A stretch of DNA of 64,000 nt, taken from an uncultured Acidobacteriota bacterium. Its GTDB lineage: Bacteria > Acidobacteriota > UBA6911. The stretch spans positions 4,922 through 68,921 of the forward strand of contig CAYZTZ010000005.1 in assembly GCA_964481255.1 (NCBI GenBank), read 5' to 3'. Positions within the stretch are counted from its first letter, which is position 1, and the number at the start of each line of letters is the position of its first letter. Shown here in pieces: positions 34,947 to 44,614 of the stretch. The position numbers were made by a program, and so were the translations under genes. Below the pieces are notes generated by a model that was not told the origin of the DNA, did not search any database, and saw only the letters and a program-made list of their open reading frames with translations.

Positions 34947-37337
34947 ATGGAAACACCGGCAGACAGAATACGCAGGAGAGGCTTTCCCTTATGTATAGAG
35001 AAGGCCCGCCTGATTACCGAATCCTATCAACAAACGGAAGGCGAGCCGCCCATCCTCCGGTGCGCCAAGGCGTTCTCCCATATGCTGGAGAATATGCCCG
35101 TATTGATAGATAAAGACGAGCTTTTCGTCGGCGAAGGAGCCAGCAAACCCTGGGGGGCCGAAATGGACCCATTTCTGGGGGTGTGGCGGGAAGAGGAGGT
35201 CCGGGCTGCAGCGGAGGAGGGGATTATCACCGTTGACGAAATGGACTGGCCCCTGTTCAGAGAGCTCGGCAGGTACTGGGAAAGGAAGTGCTCGGAGTAC
35301 GTTCAATCGAAGCTGTACGACGAGAGAATATTCCGATACCTGCAGCTCGGCATTACGCTTCCGCCGATGAAAAGAAAGGACGAATTCCGAGGAGCCTACG
35401 CCGGAAGCGGACTCTGCCTGTCCTTTGCCTTTACCGATTGCTATACGGACTTCTCCAGGTGGCTGAACGGATTGAATCCGATAATTCTGGAAGCGGAAGA
35501 AGAACTCCGGAACCTGAGGTTTTTCAATCTGGACGACGTGGGGAAAAAACTGTTTTTGGAATCGGCCATCATGGTCCTTAAAGCCGTCATCCGGCTGGCC
35601 GAAAGATATGCCGAGGCCGCCGAGGCACTGGCGGAAAAAGAGGGAAACTCCCGGCGGAAAGAAGAGCTGCGGAGAATTGCGCAAGCATGCCGTCGGACGC
35701 CGGCGCATCGTCCCGACGGATTTTACCAGGCGATGCAGTCGCTATGGTTCAATCAACTCCTGTCCGCCCCCACCTCGACCCATAATCTGGGCCGATTCGA
35801 TCAGTATATGTACCCGTTTTATAAAAAGGACATCGAGGAAGGCCGCATCGACAATGAGGAAGTCTTGCGCCTGTTGTGCGAATTGCGCATCAAATGCATG
35901 CGGCCGGAGAATATAAAGCTCTCAAGCGCCAAGCGATCGCAGCATGCAGGCTTTGCCAAATGGCGGAACATGACCATCGGGGGCGTCACAGCGGACGGGA
36001 AAGACGCCGGCAATGAATTGACCTACCTGGTCCTGGAGGCGGCCTGCAGGCTCAGAACGGCGCATCACACCATTACGCTGCGAGTTCACGAAGAAACGCC
36101 GGAAGACCTGCTGATAAAGGCCCTGGAGGTCGTCAAAACGGGCATCGGCATGCCGGCCCTGGCGCTGGACAAATCCTTCCTGGATTATCTGACCTCCGGG
36201 GGCGTACCGGCGGAGGATGCCCGGAATTACCACCTTGCCGGGTGTGTGGATCCGGCCATTCCGGGAAAAGCGAGTTTCCTGGCGGGCGGTTTTTTCGTGG
36301 TGCCCAAGGTTCTGGAAATCTTCCTCTATGACGGAGTGGATCCGCGCACAGGCCTGGAAGCCTATTCCGTCAAGCGCCCGGTTGAGGATATTGAAACGTT
36401 CGAAGAGTTCTACGAGGCGTTCAAAAACGCTCTGTCCTATTTTATCGGTCTGTGGCATGAACACAGCTTCCTCAGCGGACATCCCCAGGACTACTACGAT
36501 GCGGTTGAAATTCTGGAAACGGTCCTTCTGCAGGATGGAATCAAGACCGGCAAGCCCCTGTCGAGGAGAAGGCCGGTCCCGCCGTATGACTTCAGGGCGG
36601 CGATGGTGCCTGTCGGCGCCATCAATGCGGCGGACTCTCTGGCGACTATCAGGATGCTGGTCTTCGACGAAAAGAAGTTTTCCATGAAGGCGCTGAAACA
36701 GGCATTGTCTGCGAACTGGGAAGGACACGAAAATATCAGGAAAATGTGCCTGCAGGCGCCCAAGTATGGAAACGACGACGACTTTGCGGACTCCATCGCC
36801 AGGGAACTCTACAGGTTTCTTATCGACGAGGAAGCGAAATATCTCACCTTCGGCCGCCCCGAACATGGAAAAATCCGGGGGATTGGAGGAGCCTCCATCT
36901 CATCCATGTTTGCAGGCGGCACCATCGTCGGAGCAACTCCCGACGGCAGATACGCCGGAACAACCTTGGCCGATGGAACAGCCTCTCCCGCCCAGGGCCG
37001 GGACACCCGCGGGCCCACCGCAATGCTCCGGAGCGCGGCCAAGATCGACCAGTCTCTGTGCGCATCCACGCTGCTGAACGTAAAGCTTCACCCGTCGTGC
37101 CTGTCAAGCCGGGAGGACCTGAAAAAACTGGGGAGCCTCGTCAAGGCCTACGCTGCCATGGGAGGCAAATGGATTCAGTTCAACGTCGTCGGAAACGACC
37201 AGCTGCTCGAAGCCCAGAAGTTCCCCGAAAAGCATCGCGACTTGATTGTGAGAGTGGCCGGATACAGCGCCTATTTTGTGGACCTGAATAAAGGCGTCCA
37301 GGATGACATTATCCGGCGAATGGAGGTCAGCATTTAA
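34947..37337 (+). CDS. Glycyl radical enzyme, PFL2 / dehydratase-eliminase-like clade, substrate unknown
   Basis: ~797 aa. Thiyl loop HLAGCVDPAIPGK (Cys codon 36243-36245), glycyl-radical motif RVAGYSAYF (Gly codon 37260-37262), YGNDDD block. ATG 34947 (METPADR) lies inside track ORF 34893..37337. Confidence 0.9.
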   Translation: METPADRIRRRGFPLCIEKARLITESYQQTEGEPPILRCAKAFSHMLENMPVLIDKDELFVGEGASKPWGAEMDPFLGVWREEEVRAAAEEGIITVDEMDWPLFRELGRYWERKCSEYVQSKLYDERIFRYLQLGITLPPMKRKDEFRGAYAGSGLCLSFAFTDCYTDFSRWLNGLNPIILEAEEELRNLRFFNLDDVGKKLFLESAIMVLKAVIRLAERYAEAAEALAEKEGNSRRKEELRRIAQACRRTPAHRPDGFYQAMQSLWFNQLLSAPTSTHNLGRFDQYMYPFYKKDIEEGRIDNEEVLRLLCELRIKCMRPENIKLSSAKRSQHAGFAKWRNMTIGGVTADGKDAGNELTYLVLEAACRLRTAHHTITLRVHEETPEDLLIKALEVVKTGIGMPALALDKSFLDYLTSGGVPAEDARNYHLAGCVDPAIPGKASFLAGGFFVVPKVLEIFLYDGVDPRTGLEAYSVKRPVEDIETFEEFYEAFKNALSYFIGLWHEHSFLSGHPQDYYDAVEILETVLLQDGIKTGKPLSRRRPVPPYDFRAAMVPVGAINAADSLATIRMLVFDEKKFSMKALKQALSANWEGHENIRKMCLQAPKYGNDDDFADSIARELYRFLIDEEAKYLTFGRPEHGKIRGIGGASISSMFAGGTIVGATPDGRYAGTTLADGTASPAQGRDTRGPTAMLRSAAKIDQSLCASTLLNVKLHPSCLSSREDLKKLGSLVKAYAAMGGKWIQFNVVGNDQLLEAQKFPEKHRDLIVRVAGYSAYFVDLNKGVQDDIIRRMEVSI

Positions 37338-37753
37338 GGAGCGTGGCCCTTATTCTTCGAAAGGGCTGAGGGGTCGTGCGCCGGTATCCTTGCGCCGAGG
37401 AGCCGCCGGCAGCGCGCAGGCCGATCTTTGACGGCTGTTTCCCCGCCAGGCAAAACCGGGGCTGCAACAACCGGCAAAATTCATTCGTCGTAAAAGGGAG
37501 GGCCCGCGGTCCGGCCCGCAGAGGCCGTTCACCGGCTTGATCGGCCGTCGAAGGGAAAACGGACGGAAGGCGGTTGGTTCCCCGCCGCAGATTGCCGCTT
37601 GCGCCGCGATACACGCCGGACCGCCGGGCAGTTCGTCCAGCCTCGATCCAGAAGCGGGATGAAGGAATAAGTCTTTCGGAGCTACGGCTCCTCAACCCCA
37701 GCCGGTGCGGATTCCGCGAAACAATCTCCCGCATCATCCGGCGGCAAGTCCGC

Positions 37754-38689
37754 CTATTTGCAGATCGGCTCGCTCGGCCAGCCCATGGATTTGGAGCCGG
37801 CGCCGACGACGGCTTGGATCAAATCCACTTTGCCGTTTCTCATCCGGAACATATGGAAATCCGGCAGGCTGCCCGCGAAATGCACATAGGCGACAACCGT
37901 TCCCGCTTCGACATCCACCAGGAAGCGCCGCGGGCCGTGGTTGGTAATAACCAAGCCCTTCGGAGAGCAATCATGGGCCGTCATCTTGACGCCGCCCATC
38001 ATTCCCCCGCCTCTGGTGGTCTGAAAGCCGTTCTCCCAGCGATCACAAACCTCGGCAAACGGCGTGTGCACCTTGGGATTTTGGGCGAACATATCAAAAT
38101 AATCGTCCGCGGCCGCCATCATGGCCAGCCGGCTGCTTCGCTGTTCCTCGGGGATGATGCTTTCCCAATCCTGGTCTCTGGTTTCCAGCACGTTTGCGGC
38201 ATTGAACGCAAATTCCGTCTCCCGGGCGACGAATGTTTCAATTTCCGTAATCTGCCGGTCTTCAACCTTGAGCCGGACCCCGTAGAGAATGGGCCGGATG
38301 GCGCCGTCTGCAGGCGGTTTCGCCGAAAGGCCGGCAAAAGGTGATTTGGAGGCCGGCGCGGGTGTCTTGGGGGCTGTGTATTTCTCTTCAATCACGACGT
38401 TGGAATGGGTGCCGCACTTATAGGTGTCGATCAGATCGCGCTTGAGAAGAGTTTTTCCTGCGGTTTTCCAAAAGCCCTCTCCTACGGGCATCTCGACGCC
38501 GTTTTCCGTGAATCTCACCCTGGCGGCGAGCGGGAGACTCGATGGATTGTGCGCCTCGAGGGCGCGGAAATACTGTCCGATAATTTCCTTCAGGCCGTCG
38601 CGTGTGCAGGCCGATTGCGCGTAGGCAGAGACGAGACTGCCGCAGGCCATCATTGCTAAAACCCAAGAGTATCGTGCAATTTGTTTCAT
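37754..38689 (-). CDS. Exported protein of unknown function (possibly tandem NTF2/SnoaL-like folds)
   Basis: Signal peptide MKQIARYSWVLAMMACGSLVSAYAQ. LKEIIGQYFRALEAHNP and MMAAADDYFDMF resemble SnoaL-like N-terminal helices. No catalytic motif recognised. Confidence 0.45.
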   Translation of the reverse strand: MKQIARYSWVLAMMACGSLVSAYAQSACTRDGLKEIIGQYFRALEAHNPSSLPLAARVRFTENGVEMPVGEGFWKTAGKTLLKRDLIDTYKCGTHSNVVIEEKYTAPKTPAPASKSPFAGLSAKPPADGAIRPILYGVRLKVEDRQITEIETFVARETEFAFNAANVLETRDQDWESIIPEEQRSSRLAMMAAADDYFDMFAQNPKVHTPFAEVCDRWENGFQTTRGGGMMGGVKMTAHDCSPKGLVITNHGPRRFLVDVEAGTVVAYVHFAGSLPDFHMFRMRNGKVDLIQAVVGAGSKSMGWPSEPICK

Positions 38690-38753
38690 TCCCTAATTCT
38701 CCTGAAAAAAGTTGACAGAGCCGTCATGGATTATTCCCTGCCCTATTGCCGGT

Positions 38754-39056
38754 TTATGCCATTCCCCTAGCTACTATATCACAGCAAGAGTGAACTCCGA
38801 GGGAGGCATTCCCGGCTTCCAGGCAGGACCCTCGGACCTCGCCCCGGCCCATTTTTGAAACAATCAGGAAACGGCCATCCGGGGTCCTTTCAAAGTCTTC
38901 CGGCGCAATCGTGCCGCAGATAATCTCAACCTCGCCATGCCGGCCGCATTCAAGCAGCGAGGGATTGAACGCCCCCGGTTGGGCGGCGGGCGGCGTTCGA
39001 ACCGGTACGAGGCACAAGAATAGAAACAGAGCGTATGGAGCAGCTTTCATAACCAT
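38754..39056 (-). pseudogene. Truncated N-terminal fragment (~100 aa) of an SMP-30 / arylesterase-like exported beta-propeller
   Basis: AAGGAG RBS plus ATG and a signal peptide (MKAAPYALFLFLCLVPV). APEDFERTPDGRFLIVSKMG parallels AEDIQPLGDSQWLVTSGLNG of the full-length 359-aa homolog at 59888..60967. Stops after ~100 aa. Confidence 0.35.
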
Positions 39057-39409
39057 CTCCTTCTCTAGGACGGACGTCCGTTGCTCTGCCGGTACCGATC
39101 TCGCCTGAACACAGAGAAAAACCGTCGTCCCCGCATGAATAGAATGGAACCGGCCATCGCAAAGGCCGGGGCGGCTCCTGGCAGAATCCCATCCTTTTTC
39201 CATGGTTGACTTCCATGCATTCCTGAGTCAGCATGTTCGTCATACATCTATGGCGCCCATTATCCGGCAAATACTCCTGCTTTTCCACCTCCGCTTCGCA
39301 TGCCCCGGCTGTCCCTTCGGATTCGGCAGGCACATCGGAGATTCATGCCCAAATATATTTCATGACGGATCGAGTTAAATGCAAAATCCATCTGCAGGGA
39401 AAATCCATC

Positions 39410-39862
39410 ATGGCACAAACCAATGATTGCCGCTGCACCGTGAAATCCAGATGGAGCCTGCCGGCTGTGCTCACCGCTTTGGTATTTATAGCCGCCTTTC
39501 CCGGAGCGCCTGCAACGCCGCAGCCTCAACTGACGGAGCTGGCGGGCCGCGCCGCTATCGAGGACCTTTTCAACGACTACTACTCGCAGTTCGGGCCGGA
39601 CAGCAAGCATGATTTTGCGTCCTTCTTTACCGCCGACGGCAGACTCGAGGTCAACGGGCTGGTCGCGAATAATCCTGAAGAGATCAAAGCCATGTATGCC
39701 CTGGCCGGAGCAGGCAGGGAGGGAAGAGAGAAGAAGGCTGAAGGCGCCGTGCCGGAGGGCGTATCCGGGATGATGGACACGAATCCGAGGATCCGGTTGG
39801 AGGGCGACAGGGCTGTGGCAACCCTGCTTTGGCACAGCGTCAGGTCGGACCCGTGGAGATGA
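39410..39862 (+). CDS. SnoaL/NTF2-like domain protein with N-terminal signal/anchor
   Basis: AAIEDLFNDYYSQFG...FFTADGRLEVNG...RIRLEGDRAVATLLWH is typical of SnoaL-like folds. ATGA overlap with the next gene. Confidence 0.5.
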   Translation: MAQTNDCRCTVKSRWSLPAVLTALVFIAAFPGAPATPQPQLTELAGRAAIEDLFNDYYSQFGPDSKHDFASFFTADGRLEVNGLVANNPEEIKAMYALAGAGREGREKKAEGAVPEGVSGMMDTNPRIRLEGDRAVATLLWHSVRSDPWR

Positions 39863-40683
39863 ATATGAAATACCAAGAAGGCCATGTCGTCATCGATGGG
39901 ATAAAAATCCACTATTACCGTTCCGGCGGGAACAAGCCGCCTATGGTGTTGCTGCACGGCGCAACGGACGACGGGCTCTGCTGGGGGCGGACGGCGCAAG
40001 AACTTGCCGAACGATATGACGTCATCATGCCGGACGCGCAAGGGCATGGACTTTCCGACAGATTAGGCCCCGATTTTTCTTTCGAAAACCATACGAAACA
40101 GACCGTCGGCCTGGTCAAGAAACTGGGGCTTCAAAAGCCGATCCTTATGGGGCATTCCATGGGTGCCGGGACAACCTGCAACGTCGCGATGGAATACCCC
40201 GACTTGCCCAAAGCCATTGTCCTGGAAGACCCGGCCTGGGGCATGTTTCCGCCAAAGCCGGAAAATGCGGCCGCCGTAAGAAAAAATCACGAGGAAATAC
40301 GGGCTTATCAAATGGAAGTAGCCCGGCTGCCCCTGGAAGATATTAAAGCCAGATGCCGCAAGGACAACCCGGCCTGGCCCGAGGATGAAGTCATGACCTG
40401 GGCCAATTCCAGAAAACTGTGGGACAAGGCTCTTTTTGACAGGATCGGCTTCCCCTCACGCCCCTATGAAGAGATCGTCACCCGGATTGATTGCCCTGCA
40501 TTACTCATCATTGCGGAAAGGGGCATCGTGTCCAGAGAAACGGCGGAAAATGCGGCCAAGCTCTGGAAGTCCAAGGCGCCGTTTAAGTGGGTCTACATCC
40601 AGGATGCGGGACATAGCATACGCCGTGAGCAGTACGCGGCTTTCAAAAAGGCGCTCCATGACTGGCTGGATACGCTGAAATAG
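39859..40683 (+). CDS. Alpha/beta-fold hydrolase
   Basis: PPMVLLHGATDD (oxyanion HG), nucleophile elbow GHSMGAG and C-terminal DAGHSI (catalytic His). Confidence 0.8.
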   Translation: MNMKYQEGHVVIDGIKIHYYRSGGNKPPMVLLHGATDDGLCWGRTAQELAERYDVIMPDAQGHGLSDRLGPDFSFENHTKQTVGLVKKLGLQKPILMGHSMGAGTTCNVAMEYPDLPKAIVLEDPAWGMFPPKPENAAAVRKNHEEIRAYQMEVARLPLEDIKARCRKDNPAWPEDEVMTWANSRKLWDKALFDRIGFPSRPYEEIVTRIDCPALLIIAERGIVSRETAENAAKLWKSKAPFKWVYIQDAGHSIRREQYAAFKKALHDWLDTLK

Positions 40684-40972
40684 CCGGCAGCCGGGTTACA
40701 GCGAGGGCAAACATGCCCCGGGGGCAGACAGAGTGCCCTCCAATTCGGGAAACAACGCCAAGCTCCACAGCGCGACCCGCCGCGGCTTTGGCGCGAAAGC
40801 GTTGGAGCCGCCTGCGCCGGCAAGCCGGCGACCTCAAAACGCCTCAAACGGATTCAGCAGCCCTGCCGAGGGCACATGCCTAACGGGATGCATTATCGCC
40901 CGGGCCAGGATTGATATTTCCTATCTTGCTTCCTGGAAATACAAAACCTGCAAACACTGCTCCTGCGGTGTA

Positions 40973-42808
40973 TCAATAACCCCATAAATCTTTGATGACT
41001 TCCTCAAGACCCAAGCTTGACAATGTGCTTCTATAAGGTTTCCCGGTTTTTGAGTCCCATCCCATAAGTCTATAATAATCATATATCATTGCTTTTATGG
41101 GTACGACCCTTCCCTTGGAACCCCCATCAGGAAGCGGCACCGCCGTATATTTATGCGGAAGGGTATCATCTTCCGGTCTCAGACCGTGTCGAATGTTGAA
41201 TCCCCGGCGCAGGTTAATGACCCTTCGAGCCGTCATCCTCGCTTCCTTTTCGTCAATTTGCAGCCCCGTCGCAGCGGCGAGGGTTTCAACTATCTTCGCC
41301 AACGGAACGCCGATGGTTCCAAAGGCACAGATTCCTAAAGTGTTAATAAAGCATCTCGCCTCCTGACCGCGTATCACAGCTTCTGCTTTCCCCGCGACTG
41401 AAAACCTAGGCAATTCTCCCGTTAGCTCAAGTCGAAGCGGGCCTCCTTCGTGGGCGGGACCGGCGCTTCCCACGGCATACTGCAACGCGTATCCCCAGGC
41501 ACTGCGATGATCATGCATGGGAAGAGGCATTCCTTTGACCTGCACCACAAGATCCTCCGCACCCTGCCCGATATATCGTGCCGCGAACAAAGGGCCCTCC
41601 GCCAAAACCCGGCCGATTCCTTCCCTTTTCGCGGTTCTTTCTATCAACTTCCATGCAACTTCGTAATTGCCAAAGGTTGCTTCCAGTCCCTCCACGTCCG
41701 CAGCCGAAATGAGGCCTTTCTCATAACACTCCATCAGAAGGGCTATCCCATTGCCCATCCCTAATCCATCAAGACCTAATCGATCCGCCAGTTCCGTCAG
41801 TCTAGCGACCACCGTTGGATCCGTGACCCCGATATTGCTTCCCATAGCGCTCATCAACTCGTATTCGGGTGATTCACACTCCCCCTCAAAGGCACCGTTT
41901 TTCAGATTTAGAAGCTTGCCATGACGGATCGTGCAACCAGGGCATGTGATATCCCGCTTGAACATACTTTCGACAACGTATTCACCGGTCAACTTTTCCC
42001 AACCCTTCAGCGTGCCATATCCCCAGTTCTTTATGGGCAGATCCCCCGCTGTATAGCACATTTGAACCAACGCAGCCGTGCCGAACTTACTGAAAGCTTG
42101 AGCCTCTAAATGCTGCATGTTTAACCTGCGCCACTCACGTGCAAGCTTCGCAAACGGACCCGGATGCGCAATGGGCACTGAGCGGTCGCCGCCGATCGCT
42201 ATCGCCTTCAGTCTCTTTGCTCCCATTACAGCCCCAAGCCCACCCCTGCCCGCTACATGGGAGCCATCGTTCACTATGGAGGAAATCATGACCCCATTTT
42301 CACCCGCCGGCCCGATACACAGGCAGCTCGTCCGGCTCTTGCCGGACTCTCGCCTCAAGATTTCCTGCGTTTCCACCGTGTCCCTTCCCCACAGTAACGA
42401 CGCATCAAGCAATTGGGCTTTGCCGTTGTCTATCACCAGGTTCACAGGCTCTTCCGAAGCCCCCTCAACCACGATGGCATCATAACCGGCAAATTTCAGC
42501 ATGCGCGCAAAATTGCCGTTCGAATGTGCATCATATACTGTAAAGCCCGTAACTGGGGATTTTGCCGCAACGGAGACATTACACGAGGCCTGGACCGACG
42601 TACCGGCCAGGGGGCCGGCGGATATCACAAGTTTGTTACCGGGTTCGAGAGCTCCGATACCGGGCGGAACTTCGTCGTAAAGGATTCTTGCCGCTATCCC
42701 ATCTCCCCCGATATATTTTTCAATATAGGAGCCATGCAGTTCTTCATCCTTCAGAGTCCCATCCGTCAGGTTCACACGCAAAAGTTTGCCCATAACACCT
42801 GAATACAT
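40973..42808 (-). CDS. Aldehyde:ferredoxin oxidoreductase family (tungstopterin) enzyme
   Basis: GKLLRVNLTDGTL N-terminus, SPEYELMSAMGSNIGV and LGICAFG blocks. Cluster motif reads CPGCTIRH. Strong RBS AAGGAGG upstream of ATG 42808. Confidence 0.9.
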   Translation of the reverse strand: MYSGVMGKLLRVNLTDGTLKDEELHGSYIEKYIGGDGIAARILYDEVPPGIGALEPGNKLVISAGPLAGTSVQASCNVSVAAKSPVTGFTVYDAHSNGNFARMLKFAGYDAIVVEGASEEPVNLVIDNGKAQLLDASLLWGRDTVETQEILRRESGKSRTSCLCIGPAGENGVMISSIVNDGSHVAGRGGLGAVMGAKRLKAIAIGGDRSVPIAHPGPFAKLAREWRRLNMQHLEAQAFSKFGTAALVQMCYTAGDLPIKNWGYGTLKGWEKLTGEYVVESMFKRDITCPGCTIRHGKLLNLKNGAFEGECESPEYELMSAMGSNIGVTDPTVVARLTELADRLGLDGLGMGNGIALLMECYEKGLISAADVEGLEATFGNYEVAWKLIERTAKREGIGRVLAEGPLFAARYIGQGAEDLVVQVKGMPLPMHDHRSAWGYALQYAVGSAGPAHEGGPLRLELTGELPRFSVAGKAEAVIRGQEARCFINTLGICAFGTIGVPLAKIVETLAAATGLQIDEKEARMTARRVINLRRGFNIRHGLRPEDDTLPHKYTAVPLPDGGSKGRVVPIKAMIYDYYRLMGWDSKTGKPYRSTLSSLGLEEVIKDLWGY

Positions 42809-43360
42809 CGTTGTTTCCTCCTTCATTCTTTCTGACACCGGAATTCCCCTCGGGCATGAAATCCGCCAAGGCCCGCGGACCCAACGGCTTCGTACCCCTC
42901 CACATGATCCTGCCTCTCCATATCACAGTCCTGGCCAAACCCTTGAACCGCCGGACCGAATAGATTCTGAAGCCGCCGGTGCACCGGTAGAGATCTTCTG
43001 TCACCGGAACCTACTTTTCCGGATCTAAAAGGCTGATATCTCAGGCCGGACAACCGCCGCTTCCATCGATTGCGGCGCTGGTCGATTACATTTGGGGCCG
43101 GGTAGCGGCCAATTTGCATTACAGTCAGAGATCCCTGGAAAAAGAGACGCCTCCGAAATGCGTAAAACCCGCGTCGCTGCGGTAAACAAGGACGCTTCTC
43201 GCTGCTTGTCGCATTTTGCCGCAATCGAATCAAAAGTCAGGTATCGGCGAAAACCATAAGGCTATGCGAATGGCATGTCCATACTGCGTTGTTGTCGAAA
43301 TGCGCCGGGATAAAGTCCCGTGAATGGCCGACAGCATATTGCCATCCCGCCATAGCGGCT

Positions 43361-44587
43361 CTAGGAAGTCACTGGACCGAATGCGCCGGCCATAAGATAC
43401 CGATCATATTCGGCCTCTGACATCCCCAAAATCTCAAGACAGATGTATTCATTATGCTCTCCCAAAAGGGGAGCCTCCCGATAAAGCCTCGCGGGAGTCC
43501 TTGACAATCGGGACGGCTGCCCTAAATAGGAGAAACTTCCCAGTTCCCTATGATTTCCTTTCCAGAAACACTCTCTTTCCTGCAGCTGCACATCCCTGCA
43601 AATATCTCTTGCATCCTGCACAACGCCCGCGGCAACTCCTTCCTGCTGCAGCAGAAACATGACATGTTCCGGTTCGAACCGGGATGTCCATTGCTCCACA
43701 AGATGGTTTAGCCTTACTTCATTTTTCTTCCTTGCCGGAAGCGTCGAGAATTCAGGATCTTTTGTCCATTCAGGATCTCCCATGGCTTTACACATGGATT
43801 GCCACTCGGCGTCCGTAAAGACAGTGATTGCGCACCAACGATCCTCCCCTTTGCAGCGAAAAACCCCATGCGGGGCGGCATATTCACAGGAGTTGCCGCT
43901 GGCCTGTGCCTGCGTGCCGCTCGTTGCATAATCAAGCAGAAGCGGGGCTATGAGCTGCAAACCGGCTTCGAATTGAGACACGTCAATCAGCTGGCCTTTG
44001 CCCGTTTTGTCCCTGTGATCGAGGGCGCTTAGGAGGGCGCTGGCTGCAAAGTGAGGGACGCAATAATCCGTATAGGCCACCATCGGGGATATCGGTTCTT
44101 CGTCGGGGAAGCCCACAAGATTGACGATTCCTCCCAACCCGTTAATATGGTGTCCCAGGCCGGGCTGAGTGGCCGAAGGGCCTGTTAATCCCTGATTGGA
44201 GCTTCGAATCACGACAATATCCGGCTTGATTCTGCTCAATTCATCATAGCCCAAGCCCCAGCTTTCCAGCACGCCGGGCCTGTGGCTGTCGGCCACAATA
44301 TCCGCCAGGGCCACCAATTTTATCGCGATCTCCTTCCCCGCCGCATTCTTTAAATCGAGGCTGATGCTGTATTTATTGGCTGCAAGATAGCTGAAGAACC
44401 CGGCCCGGTTTATGTTTGTTACACCATCCTTGAAAGGAGCGGAAGTCCGCAATAAGTCCGGCCTCTCCATGGATTCGACGCAGATCACGGTTGCTCCGTA
44501 ATCGGCCAAGTATTTGAGAGTCAGCGGACCGGCAATCGCCCACCCGAAATCAATCACATGAATTCCGGCAAAGACCTTTGGATCCAA
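43361..44587 (-). CDS. Family III (CaiB/BaiF-type) CoA-transferase
   Basis: GIHVIDFGWAIAGPLTLKYLADYGATVICVE N-terminal Rossmann block, Asp-containing TDYCVP at the catalytic position, C-terminal PLLGEHN. Confidence 0.85.
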   Translation of the reverse strand: MDPKVFAGIHVIDFGWAIAGPLTLKYLADYGATVICVESMERPDLLRTSAPFKDGVTNINRAGFFSYLAANKYSISLDLKNAAGKEIAIKLVALADIVADSHRPGVLESWGLGYDELSRIKPDIVVIRSSNQGLTGPSATQPGLGHHINGLGGIVNLVGFPDEEPISPMVAYTDYCVPHFAASALLSALDHRDKTGKGQLIDVSQFEAGLQLIAPLLLDYATSGTQAQASGNSCEYAAPHGVFRCKGEDRWCAITVFTDAEWQSMCKAMGDPEWTKDPEFSTLPARKKNEVRLNHLVEQWTSRFEPEHVMFLLQQEGVAAGVVQDARDICRDVQLQERECFWKGNHRELGSFSYLGQPSRLSRTPARLYREAPLLGEHNEYICLEILGMSEAEYDRYLMAGAFGPVTS

Positions 44588-44614
44588 GCGAATCCCTTCC
44601 TTTCACCAAAACAT

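Noticed and set aside
37346-37366. Hairpin GCCCTT-N9-AAGGGC just after the GRE1 stop, as a possible intrinsic terminator
   Set aside because: It has only a 6-bp stem and a large loop with no following T-run, so it is not convincing as a Rho-independent terminator.
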